This document shows, in pieces, positions 50,261-61,568 of a stretch of 64,000 nt of DNA. The notes under the pieces are model-generated. The model saw only the letters and a list, made by a program, of their open reading frames with translations, did no database searches and was not told the origin of the DNA. The position numbers and the translations under genes are program-made. Origin of the DNA: Squalus acanthias. Lineage: Eukaryota. The DNA lies in the NCBI GenBank assembly GCA_030390025.1, contig CM059432.1, positions 147,934,001 to 147,998,000 of the forward strand, in the 5' to 3' direction. Each line of letters begins with the position of its first letter. Position 1 is the first letter of the stretch.

Positions 50261-50408
50261 CGCTCGCAGTTGGCATCACTGTCACTTCCCAGAGCCATCA
50301 CACACCGAACCTGCGGAGCGACCCCTACCACTGCCGTCAGACTCCGGAGCAGAGCAGCCAAGCCAGCAAGAGCTGAAAATGAGCATTCCTTCTGAACACT
50401 GATTTCAG
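50260..50408 (+). other. NEUROD6: NEUROD6 non-coding exon 1 (5' end approximate); intron 50409-51785
   Basis: Donor CAG|GTAAGA at 50408/50409; polypyrimidine tract and AAG| acceptor at 51785, 8 nt before the ATG. NeuroD genes typically have a non-coding first exon. Confidence 0.75.
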
Positions 50409-51793
50409 GTAAGAATTTTTTAAAAAAAACATTGAAATAACCGCATTAAAAAGCGAATGCAGATATTTTTTTGTTTTTTTAACATTGCCCTAATGTGCAA
50501 ACATCCTGATATTTAAGTGTTAATATTGACTTTGCACGCAATTCGAAAATTACCTGTCTCCCTTGTAACTGAATGACTTCGTTATTCTTCATTGTTTTTT
50601 TTTTGTCATTTCATTCATAGATTTCACAAGACTTTTCGTGTAATTTACACACGGTTTGTGATTTTAAACAGCGCTCGCTTGTGCATTGAATAGGGAATAG
50701 AGGTGATATTTTAAACAGTCCTACACCTGAGTGCGTAAAATAATAATGGCTCAAAATTTTGTGCGATTAACGCTTCCGGATTTTAAAACTAGTTTTCGAA
50801 GTGGGAAAAAAAAACCTCTTCTAAAATGTGGGGCGTTGTTCTGTTATAGAGAAACTTCGGAGTGTAACAGATTAACTTTGAGGTAAATGTAGAAAATGCA
50901 AGTGCAAATTGCAATATTTCATAGTGGGAAGAAAACCCTATGACCCTCCATCTGTCAAATGATTTATTGCACTGCATAACTAGTGCCGGGGCTGGTGCTA
51001 TGTAGCACACCAAACACTTTTTGAAAAATGAATTATCTCGATTTCCACGACAGGGTTTAATATTTCATTGAAAAGGGAAATTATTTGCAAATCTTTTCTT
51101 GGTCGATCGTCTAAACTTTCCGGCTCAGTGCCGAATCCAGGCTATTGTTAATGCTTGTGAAACGAAACAGACTCTCTGGCGGCAGCCCATGCAATGTGGG
51201 TTTCTATTGCCGCATCTCTGAAATTTGCTTAACAAAAAATATATATAATCGTGTCGCTTTAGGGAGCCTGAATTGCACTGGTCCCCGATACTCACTCCCC
51301 GAGACTGCCAGTACGGACTATAGTGTTATTGTGGACTGGATGTGGCATTGTAAGCGATCCTGTAATTTTAATTACGATTCATGGGAAGTTTGAGACCCAA
51401 GGGAATCAAACCAAAACGGTGGAGCCGTCCTGTTTTCATAAACCTGTCAGTTGCACAGCTTTTACACAATCATTTTACTATTGGCCAGATCTCAACCACA
51501 CACAATATTGTAAAAAAGACACCCTTTAATGAATTTAAAGCAATTGAGAACTCGTTCGTGCAAACACAACCTAAAGATGCTTCTGTATAATAGCACTGAA
51601 TGCTAGGTTGTATTATCTTTTCCAGTTATTAATATTTTTAGTTTATATTTTAAAAGACGTGTGCAGATTGTTTAATCTTCAATTTAGGAATTGGGTGGTG
51701 TAATTGTTAATGAATTCTAATTTATTACTTAGCCAGTAAACGGTGTCGATAACTACATTGTTTCTCTCCCCTTCTTCCCCCTAAGCTGGCAAC

Positions 51794-52804
51794 ATGTTGA
51801 CTTTACCAATTGATGAAGCTGTCATGATGCCCGGAACAAACTTTGATGATGCGAGTGAAACTGAGGACAAGGAAGAGTCCGAAATGTGTGCAGAGCACGA
51901 ACGGTGCTCCATTGATCTCAGCAACATTACCCCGTCTATAGAGTCCGAGAAAGATGAGAATGAGAAGGAGGGCGAAGAGGACGAGGAACAGCCCAAAAGG
52001 AGAGGACCCAGGAAAAAGGTGATGACCAAAGCAAGGGTTGAGCGAGTCAAAATGAGGAGGACGGAGGCGAATACGAGGGAGAGGAACCGGATGCACGGTC
52101 TCAACAATGCCCTGGACAACCTTCGCAAAGTTGTCCCATGTTATTCCAAAACACAGAAACTGTCCAAGATAGAAACATTGCGACTAGCTAAAAACTACAT
52201 ATGGGCTCTGTCTGAGATCCTGCGCATTGGCAAGAGGCCCGACCTGCTCACGTTCGTGCAGAATTTGTGTAAGGACCTATCCCAACCAACCACCAATCTG
52301 GTAGCTGGTTGTCTGCAACTTAATACCAGAAACTTATTGATGGATCAGAGCGGAGATGGAGCTCACATCGCAAGATCCCAATTTTCCTCCACTCTCTACA
52401 CATATCAAAACCCTGATCTGGGCAGTCCCTCGGGACAGAGTCCAATGGACAGTTCCTCCAAGTCAATCAAACCTTACAGCTACTGTGGTGCTTACGAGTC
52501 TTTCTACCAAAACGCTTCTCCCGAGTGTGTGAGCCCACAGTTTGAAGGTCCCCTAAGTCCTCCAATTAACTTTAATGGGATATTCTCCCTGAAGCAAGAA
52601 GATCCATCTGACTATGTGAAGAATTATCACTATGGCATGCATTATTCCGCCGTGCCAGCCAGCCGTCCCCTTGGACAGAGCTACATGTTCAGCCCGGCCA
52701 TGCGATGTGTGGTGCCCACAGACAGTACATTTCCTTACGATTTCCATCTGCGCAACGAGACACTTTCGATGCAGGACGAATTAAATGCGGTTTTTCATAA
52801 TTAA
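51794..52804 (+). CDS. NEUROD6: Neurogenic differentiation factor 6 (NeuroD6/NEX-1/MATH-2), bHLH transcription factor, 336 aa
   Basis: N-terminus MLTLPIDE; b[52 protein letters not shown]; NeuroD6-type [33 protein letters not shown] and C-terminus [11 protein letters not shown]. Confidence 0.96.
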   Translation: MLTLPIDEAVMMPGTNFDDASETEDKEESEMCAEHERCSIDLSNITPSIESEKDENEKEGEEDEEQPKRRGPRKKVMTKARVERVKMRRTEANTRERNRMHGLNNALDNLRKVVPCYSKTQKLSKIETLRLAKNYIWALSEILRIGKRPDLLTFVQNLCKDLSQPTTNLVAGCLQLNTRNLLMDQSGDGAHIARSQFSSTLYTYQNPDLGSPSGQSPMDSSSKSIKPYSYCGAYESFYQNASPECVSPQFEGPLSPPINFNGIFSLKQEDPSDYVKNYHYGMHYSAVPASRPLGQSYMFSPAMRCVVPTDSTFPYDFHLRNETLSMQDELNAVFHN

Positions 52805-53836
52805 TGAGCAAAAATAGTGGCTATACAGATCACAAGTAATTAAGATAAAACAGTGGGTGGTACATTAAATAATTGATACAAAATTGTTTTTAACAGCACG
52901 ACTGCACTCATATTCGAATGTTACATGATGGCAGAGAAGCAATAATCGAAAAACTATGCAAGTGAGTAAATTATATATCAGCAACTACCCCTTAAAAGGG
53001 AAATATACATCATATGGGCCCTTCGTTAATTCTGGCGTACACTTTTCATTTAACAGGATCTTTTGTAAATACTTTTAACTTAGTTTCACAGACACGACAG
53101 TATTTTACATGTGGACGATGTGACGGGATAATATTTTTGGTCAGTGTTATTATAATGGCTCTGAGATGGATAGATAGAGGTATGTAACCATGTTAAGTGA
53201 CACATGAGACTGAAAGCACCCAAACACAGTATTGTATATAGCAAGCCACACACACAAACTCTGGAAACACACACAACAAAAAAATTTCCCAGTGTTACCA
53301 ATTTATTTTCTGTCTTTAGTCCTGATGCAGCATTGCTAACTGTCAGCTAGGAGAAGCTCTCCTTTACTGTGCGCAATGATCGTTCAAAAAAGTCTGCCTT
53401 TTAATACACGTCGTAAATATTATTTATATTGAAGTGGCATTTTAGGAAATCACGGTATCAAAACACATCGACTACTTTAAATCAATTCATTTGATCCAGT
53501 CGGATATTTATGCATACACTCGTAGTGAATTTATTTTTGTATGTGTCCTATTTTGACGTATTTAATAATCAGCAATCACGAAGGATTTGGGGAAGTGGAG
53601 TGATGCCTATGAACGAAGTTCTTTTAAAAAAGGGTCACTGGCGGAGTGTTAACATGTAACCGTGTGTAAACTTGTCGAAGTGTCTTACTAATGCATTAAC
53701 ATACTTTCTCGCCTTAAGGCAGTATGGCGTGTGATTTGACATATGCAATGAAAAACGGATCGATTAACGTGTATTTTTTATTTATTGTTTACCCTTTCCC
53801 CCCCTCTGATGTGTGAAGTGAGCGTTTTTCCCCCCC

Positions 53837-53842
53837 AATAAA
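53837..53842 (+). terminator. Probable NEUROD6 polyadenylation signal (3'UTR about 1.05 kb)
   Basis: AATAAA followed by a GT/T-rich downstream element. Confidence 0.65.
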
Positions 53843-56800
53843 CTCGTTTGTTTTTGATCACTTTGTGGATTTTTTAAGACAGATTTCAATGGTTTTCATT
53901 GCTGAGGGTCTTTTGTTCAAACAGACTGGTGGGAGCGAAGGCAACCCTCACCACAGCAAACATTCTCACTAAAGGCTTAAAGTGAACGAACACAAAGGTA
54001 AAAATATGACGGGAAAATATTTAATGAACTGAAAATAAATGAAAGAAAACTGAGTGCGGTCTGCGCACATTTCATATACATTGACACTCACGGACAAGTG
54101 AGGAATGAGGAAGGTGAAATAAGTGGGGAACATTTTGCCTGAAAAATGACACAATTAGATCTTTTGCTGCAGTTTGTGAACCAGGCCACCAGCCAATGCA
54201 ATAGATAAGAAGAGATTATTAGTTATTAAAAACATATTTCGAACTTTTTGGCCTGTCACCTTTGCCAAGTATGACTGATCAATAACTGCATCCTGTTGCA
54301 TGGGAACACTGATGGACTGACTGCAAAGGTTGTCGATATCGAAGCGTAGCTGGACTGCTGCAATTGTTCTATTTAATGCCGAAACTCCAACCTTGGGGGC
54401 GAGAGAGTGGAACAGACCCGCGCAAAAATCAAAAAATCAGAAATATAGTAGGCAGTCTCCGTGCTTTAATAGTCCCTTTCATCGCTTGGCAATTTTGCAC
54501 TTTCTGTATTTTGCTTTTTTTATTGCACGTAAGATTAATTTATGCATTTGGTACCTCACTACCGGAATATGTTTTACCGCGGGAAAAACGCTGAATATTT
54601 CATGACCAAACAGGTTGTGTGCCATTTAGTAAAATGTGGATAAGTAAGCACTGGATATCTGAATGGCTCCAAACAGGTTAGTAAGCATAAAGTATTGAAG
54701 TATAAATATTAGTGTGGAAATATTTGCTTTCTGTCCAGTAATCAAATTCCTCTGGAGATCCAAGTATAGTTAATATTGGCATCAGTGCAATGATCGTCGG
54801 CCTATAGCCACCACTCTCCTAAACAAATCTTGGCTTTTTCTATTGTAAAAATGTTCCTGAAAATTGACGTTGAAATCTCAACACAGACAATTATACAATC
54901 AAGAACCGCAGATGCATTTTAAATGTCATTTTTTTTCAGCCAGTGTTTTTTTTTAATGTGGGGGCTTCAAATTCCAGTGGCTCAGTCGGTGCCGGAGCGG
55001 AGACTGGACGGTGACAGGGCCACATGTGTCACAGGGGTGCAAGAAAACCTGCCGGAGCTGTCACTGGTGCCGCAGGTGACATCTTCAGCAACTCCTCAGC
55101 AACCTCGCACATAGGTACACATCCACAAAATGTCATTTTTTTTTTGCGGGGGGGACAGTTTTGACCATTAATCCAAACGTATCTATTTTGACAAGACATG
55201 CGCATTTTGATTTACACAGCAACTATATTTTCAGCAATTAAACATACAGATTTTTCCTCAAACTTTCATGAATTGGTTTGGTTTCTGTCTCGTGCCGTTC
55301 ATTTCGGCAGCAGATTCCCCCATGAAAGCTAGACAGCAGCATCTCTCTAAATACACCGATATTCAATTAATTCAGAATAACATCGATAGGGGCGGATTGG
55401 CAAGAGTTCTCACTGAAAGGCGAGACACGCCGAAAGTTGAACCAGACTCATACTACAAACAGAGAGGGAAATCTGCCTTTTCCAAATCGCTAATATGATT
55501 CCACGGTCGGGACGCAAGCTTTTAAAAATATATATTTTCAAATTGAAATGTTATAAATCATACACACTTTTAAAGCAATGGCGTACAGCTGAATTTCGAT
55601 TATAGAAAAACTGCTTTATGGCATAGAAGTTCGCTTTGGATGAATTGGGACATTATCGGACTTTTTTTTTAAATAAGAAATTATTACTATTTCAGATTTA
55701 AAAAATTAAAATTACATTTCTGGATTTAGGGATTAGATGAATTATTTTTAAAAATTACTTCTTAATTTAATATTATCTTAAACCTCCTTCAAATCTTCCA
55801 CTCTGCCGGTTCCAGATTCAGCCTCTTCACGTCTCTCCCCATTTCTCCTGCTCCCTGCCCCGACCCTTTCACTTCTTACAGCCAAGCGCTCTGAAAAAAA
55901 TCTCCCTGCACCCGTGAAGAGCTGTAGACACGCAAGTTAAGTTTATTTAATTAAAAGTAATCAGCATAACCAATCAGTCAAGAGGAGAAGCAGAGGCGTG
56001 TAGGCGTTTCGAGGGGAACACATTTGGCATTTTCAGCACCCATCAGAATGATAACTTGAATGAACTCATGCTCTCGGACGAGCGGGCATGTATCAGTCAG
56101 CAGCTTCTTTTAACCGAAGTGACCCGAATGCCATGCGGGGTATTTTGTTTTTTACAGCCTTCACGAGAACTGCGCCGTAATTCTTTGTCGTTTTATCGCT
56201 GCACAGTCACACATGTCCCGAGCCAGCTCCGGCTTTCTTCCGGATTTCACAGGATAGCAGTGATGCCTTTGGCAATCAGTTTCTTGACAATTAATGTATC
56301 TGTTCTCACCAAATTCTACATATTCCGCTTAGCTGTAAAATATGCAGAGTGTTTGAGTTAGCCGTAACTTTATCACCGTTTCACGTTTCTTTTGAACCAG
56401 GAGGATACATTTGGTTGCACACTTGCACAATCCCACCGTCAACTATACACATTGGAGTGAAGTGCAAATAAACTCAATTTCAACCAGTAAATTGAAACAA
56501 AAACAGCAAAATTCCTCACGGGATACTCATAGCAAGTAAGGGTGCTATCCTATCTGTCACTAGCTCCAAATTCAATTCGTGTGTATCTTATTATATCAGT
56601 GTGTAAATTAGTTGAACATATTTTTTCATAGCTTAAAAATGCCAAGACAGCTGGACGTGTTTAGTTTGCAGTGTGAAGCGTTTCCTGCAATATCACACTG
56701 AGAAACTGCAGCCTGTATTGATAGAGCCTGGCCATCAAGTTGTGAGGCAAGGAGTAAACTTTTTTCTTTTATTTGCTTTTGGCATATGGACGACGCTGGC

Positions 56801-58593
56801 AGTGGCATATATATTTCATATCTGGCGCTGGTCTGAGAAGTTGGTGGTGGTCTTTCTTAAAGCCTGGTTTGTGCAACTGCGAGGCTTACTAGGCTGCCCC
56901 AAAGGCACAGAATGAACCATATCGTGTAGACCAGAGTGTGAACTGAAGCTAGCCCACTGGTGACTTGAACAGTGAATACAAATTATATCTCCCAACTGGA
57001 GTATCATCATTCACAGAACCATTGAAGTACAAATGCTTACAAATAAAAATAGTCAAATCAAATTAGGCTTCCAACAAAAGTATGTTGTAACAAATTGTTG
57101 GTTGCTCCCTCCCTTCACCAATCAAAATTTAGTAATGAATAATTAATAAATTCACAACAATGGGCCATATTTTCCTGCTAACAAAATGCAGTGATTTTTT
57201 TTTAAGCGTATTTGTTCTTGGGTTGTGGGTGACACTGGCAAGACAGTATTTATGATCCATCCTTAGTTACCCTGCGGGCACATAGCTTGGCCCCAGAGTC
57301 ACATGTAGGCCAGACTGCGTGGAGGTGGGATGCTCCCTTCCCTGATTCCCACATTAGTGAGCCAGTTGGGTGAATATGCAGATAAAGTGTGACTTACAAT
57401 GGAGGGAATGAGTGGAGAATATGTGACATAAAAATGTTTGACTCTTGCAGAATACAATTTTGTTAACAGCGACAAAAAAACTAAAAGCCAACCAGGACAC
57501 AGCTGCAATAACGATATATTCAATACTTCTCAAATAGGAAACAAGCCAGTTATCCGGAATAAATGCTGAACAGCTCATTAATGCAGTTGTGAAGTCCACT
57601 TTATTTCTCAGAAGAATGGCTCGATAATAACAAGGAAAGCTAAGTGTGGTGACTGAGCCTTTAATGTGCTTGTGTCATAAAGAAACACAATGTCAGTTAC
57701 ATTGCAATAACAGCTCCCACATATTATATGGAGGAAAAACGTGTGTCATTATGTCACACACAATATGAACTCCATGTCAACTACTCCATGGATCTGCAAG
57801 GATATCTAGAAGAAGCTGCATGACTTAATAGAGGAGAATGGTGAGGTAGCAATATTACTGGACATATATGGACATGAAGGAAAGTAATAGTTGATAAACA
57901 AATGCACAAGAAATGGATTACTGACACAAAGAAATGCTGGCAAGTATGTAGCAGTCCTAACAGCACAGTGGGAGTCCGAACAGCACTATGGGAGTACCTT
58001 CACTACACAGACTACAACAGTTCAAGAAGGTGGCTCACCACAACATTCTCAAGGGCAACGAGGTACGGGCAATAAATACTGGCTTTGCTAGCGATGCCCA
58101 CATCCCAGGAATGAATTAAAAAAAAAAATAGAAGTGAAACTGGCAGCCTTATACAGTATGCAACCCCAGATGTCAAAGAAAATGAACTGGGTTAAAAAAT
58201 TTCCATGGGCCAAATCATCTTCTTTCAGTCTAATTTTATGTTTAAAGGCAAAAGAGGCAAATAACAACAGGGCACAGCATGAAACAGGTGACAGACCCTG
58301 CCAGCATCAGCAGCTCACTGTATGTGAGGAAATAATAGTGGATTTAGTTTGCAGAGATACACTGGAAGGCACTGGGCCTGAGGAGATTGGGCAGCTGCTC
58401 AGACCAACTGGCATGTACCATATTAAGCACATGACTTGCAAGATGTTACTTCACCACACTCATATGTGCTGATAGTGCACAAAAGCATAAAAGTCCACGT
58501 AATGACAATACGGTCCCCAAATGGAGAAGGGTGCATAGGTATTCATAATGTTCTTTCTACTTTCTTCACAGAGTAAGGAAAACTTAGCCATCT

Positions 58594-59430
58594 CAATAAT
58601 GAAGCAGTCCATACCCGCATGCAGCAAGACCTGGACAACATTCAGGCTTGGGCTGATAAGTGGCAGGTAACATTTGCACCGCACAAGTGCCAGGCAGTAA
58701 CCATCTCCAACAAGAGAAAGTCTAACCACCTCCCCATTCAATGGCATTACCATCATCAAATCCTCCACCATTATCATCCTGGGGGTCACCATTGACCAGA
58801 AACTTAACTGGACCAGCCACATAAATACTGTGGCAACAAGGGCAGGTCAGAGGCTAGGTATTCTGCAGCGAGTGTCTCACCTCCTGACTCCCCAAAGTCT
58901 TTCCACCATCTACAAGACACAAGTAAGGAGTGTGATGGATACTCTCCACTTGCCTGGATGAGTGCAGCTCCAACAACACTCAAGAAGCTCGACACCATCC
59001 AAGACAAAGCAGTCAGCTTGATCGGCAGCCCATCCACTGCCTTAAACGTTCATTCGCTCTACTCTGGTCCTGATAATTCCATGCTATCCCTGCAACTCAC
59101 CAAGGCTTCTTCGACAGCAGCTCCCAAACCCATGACCTCTACCACCGAGAAGGTCAAGGGCAGCAGGCGCATGGGAACACCACCACCTCCAAGTTACCCT
59201 CCGAGTCACACACCATCCTGATTGGAAATATATCGTCGTTCCTTCATCATCGCTGGGTCAAAATCCTGGAACTCCCTCCCTCACAGCACTGTGGGAGTAT
59301 GTTCACCACACGGACTGCAGTGGTTCAAGAAGGCGGCTCATCACCACCTTCTCAAGGGCAACTAGGGATGGGCAATAAATGCTGGCCTTGCTGGCGACGC
59401 CCACATCCCATGAATGAATAAATAAAAAAT
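58594..59430 (+). mobile_element. CR1/L2-group LINE 3' fragment (a shorter tail copy lies at about 57960-58130)
   Basis: QQDLDNIQAWADKWQVTF, LGVTIDQKLNW, AWMSAAPTTLKKLDTIQ remnants; tail GGGCAATAAATGCTGGCC..CACATCCCATGAATGAATAA. Confidence 0.82.
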
Positions 59431-59508
59431 GGTCTACAATGTGCACTTGAAGAGCAAAAATGAGAAGTCGCACAACACCTGGTTATAGTCCAACAGTTTT
59501 ATTTTAAA

Positions 59509-59545
59509 TTACGAGCTTTCGGAGCTCCGCTCCTCCTTCAGGTAA
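59509..59545 (-). ncRNA. Minimal hammerhead ribozyme motif, second family (one core deviation)
   Basis: TTAC-CTGAAGG-A-GGAGC.GGA.GCTCC-GAAA-GC-TC-GTAA; A9>G relative to CUGANGA; CUC triplet. Confidence 0.65.
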
Positions 59546-59774
59546 AGGTACAGTGAGGGAATCTATTACACAGTATATATACACAGAGAACAATTTGTCT
59601 GCAGAGATACAATCTGTTAGGGAGGCATTACATCAAAGACACATCAGAGTATAGCTAAGACAATGAGGTGGGTCACAGGGGGTCCAACGTGTCAAATGCT
59701 GCCGTCTGCAGTTAAGCTTTTAACTTTTTTTGTGTTTTTTTTTAAAAACTGGAAAGACAGATAACGATGTCAAG

Positions 59775-61497
59775 TCACGTTCTGTAGCATGACATGAACC
59801 CGAGATCCCTATTGAGGCCGTCCTCATGGGTGCGGAACTTGGCTATCAGTTTCTGCTCGATGATTTTGCGTTGTCGTGTGTCTCGAAGGCCACCTTGGAG
59901 AACACTAACCCGCAGATCCGAGGCTGAATGTCCTTGACTGCTGAAGTGTTCCCCGACTGGGAGGTAACAATCCTGCCTGGCGATTGTTGCGCGGTGTCCG
60001 TTCATACGTTGTCTCAGTGTCTGCATGGTCTCGCCGATGTACCATGCCGCGGTGCATTCTTTCCTGCAACGTATCAGGTAGACAACGTTGGCCGAGTCAC
60101 ATGAGTATGTACCATGTACCTGGTGGGTAGTGTCCTCACGTGTGATGATGGTATCTGTGTTGATGATCTGGCATGTCTTGCAGAGGTTGCCGTGGCAGGG
60201 TTGTGTGGTGTCGTGGTCGCTGTTCTCCTGACAGCTGGGTAATTTGCTGCGAACGATGGTACTTTTGAGGTTAGGCGGCTGCTTGAAGACGAGTAGTGGA
60301 GGCGTGGGGATGGCCTTAGCAAGGTGTTCATCGTCATCGATGACATGTTGAAGGCTGCGAAGAACATGGCGTAGTTTCTCCGCTCCGGGGAAGTACTGGA
60401 CGACGTAGGGTACTCTGTTGGTTGTGTCCCGTGTTCGCCTTCTGAGGAGGTCTATGCGGTTTTTCGCTGTGGCCCGTCGGAACTGTCGATCGATGAGTCG
60501 AGCGTCATATCCCGTTCTTACGAGGGCGTCTTTCAGCGTCCGTAGGTGTCCATCGCATTCCTCCTCGTCTGAGCAGATCCTGTGTATTCGCAGGGCTTGT
60601 CCATAGGGGATGGCTTCTTTAACGTGGTTAGGGTGGAAGCTGGAGAAGTGGAGCATCGTGAGGTTGTCCGTGGGCTTGTGGTAGAGTGAAGTGCTGAGGT
60701 GTCCGTCTTTGATGGAGATTCATGTGTCCAAGAATGAAACCGATTCTGAGGAGTAGTCCATGGTGAGTTTGATGGTGGGATGGAACCTGTTGATGTTATC
60801 GTGTAGTCCTTTCAGTGATCCTTCGCCGTGGGTCCAAAGGAAGAAGATGTCGTCGATGTATCTGGTGTACAGCTTTGGTTGGAGGTCCTGTGCAGCGAAG
60901 AAGTCTTGCTCGAACTTGTGCATGAAGATGTTGGCGTATTGGGGTGCGAATTTGGTCCCCATGGCTGTTCCGTGTGTTTGGGTAAAAAACTGGTTGTTGA
61001 AGGTGAAGACATTATGGTCAAGGATGAAGCGGATGAGTTGTAGGATGGCGTCTGGAGATTGGCTGTTGTTGGTGTTGAGTACTGAGGCTGTCGCAGCGAT
61101 GCCGTCATCATGGGGGATATTGGTGTAGAGTGCCGATACGTCCATCGTGGCGAGGAGTGTTCCTGGTTCAACAGGTCCATGGGTGCTGAGTTTCTGCAAG
61201 AAGTCTGTAGTGTCGTGACAGAAGCTGGGGCTTCCCTGTACGATGGGTTTCAGGATGCCCTCGACGTATCCAGAGAGGTTCTCACACAGGGTTCCATTGC
61301 CTGATACGATAGGACGTCCGGGTGTGTTGGCTTTGTGTATCTTTGGGAGGCAGTAGAAGTCTCCTACGCGGGGAGTACGTGGGATGAGAGCGCGTAGGAT
61401 GTTTTGAAGGTCTAGACTGAGGGTCTTGATCAGTCTATTGAGTTGGCGGGTGTGTTCTTTGGTCGGATCTGCGGGTAACTGTCTGTAGTGTTCCTGA
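59775..61497 (-). pseudogene. Penelope RT plus GIY-YIG endonuclease, one in-frame stop at 60720
   Basis: LPKIHK..PGRPIVS, MDVSALYTNI, GTAMGTKFAPQYAN, RYIDD, FLD, VVYLIRC..YIGET..RMNGH, EQKLI..GLN. ORFs 60720-61511 and 59775-60656 are in the same frame. Confidence 0.93.
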
Positions 61498-61568
61498 TTG
61501 AAGAGCATCACTCCTCAGAGCACCAACTATTACCACCCACACCTGAAACCAGCCAACACAGAAACATA

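Larger units (their letters stand above)
59457..61497 (-). mobile_element. Penelope-like retroelement, 5'-truncated
   Basis: 10-bp TSD TTGAAGAGCA (59447-59456, 61498-61507); RT plus GIY-YIG ORF; hammerhead-like motif near the 3' end. Confidence 0.95.

Noticed and set aside
51781..52128. Antisense ORFs overlapping NEUROD6
   Set aside because: Shadow frames of the purine-rich acidic/basic coding sequence with low-complexity products.
56032..56050. REST/NRSE site
   Set aside because: Only the left half TTCAGCACC is present, with no GGACAG half at canonical spacing.
58134..58472. Novel coding exon (also Myb-like remnants at about 9700-10280, 22000-23300 and 33590-34880)
   Set aside because: Weak similarity to Harbinger Myb exons indicates heavily decayed transposon debris whose boundaries cannot be supported.
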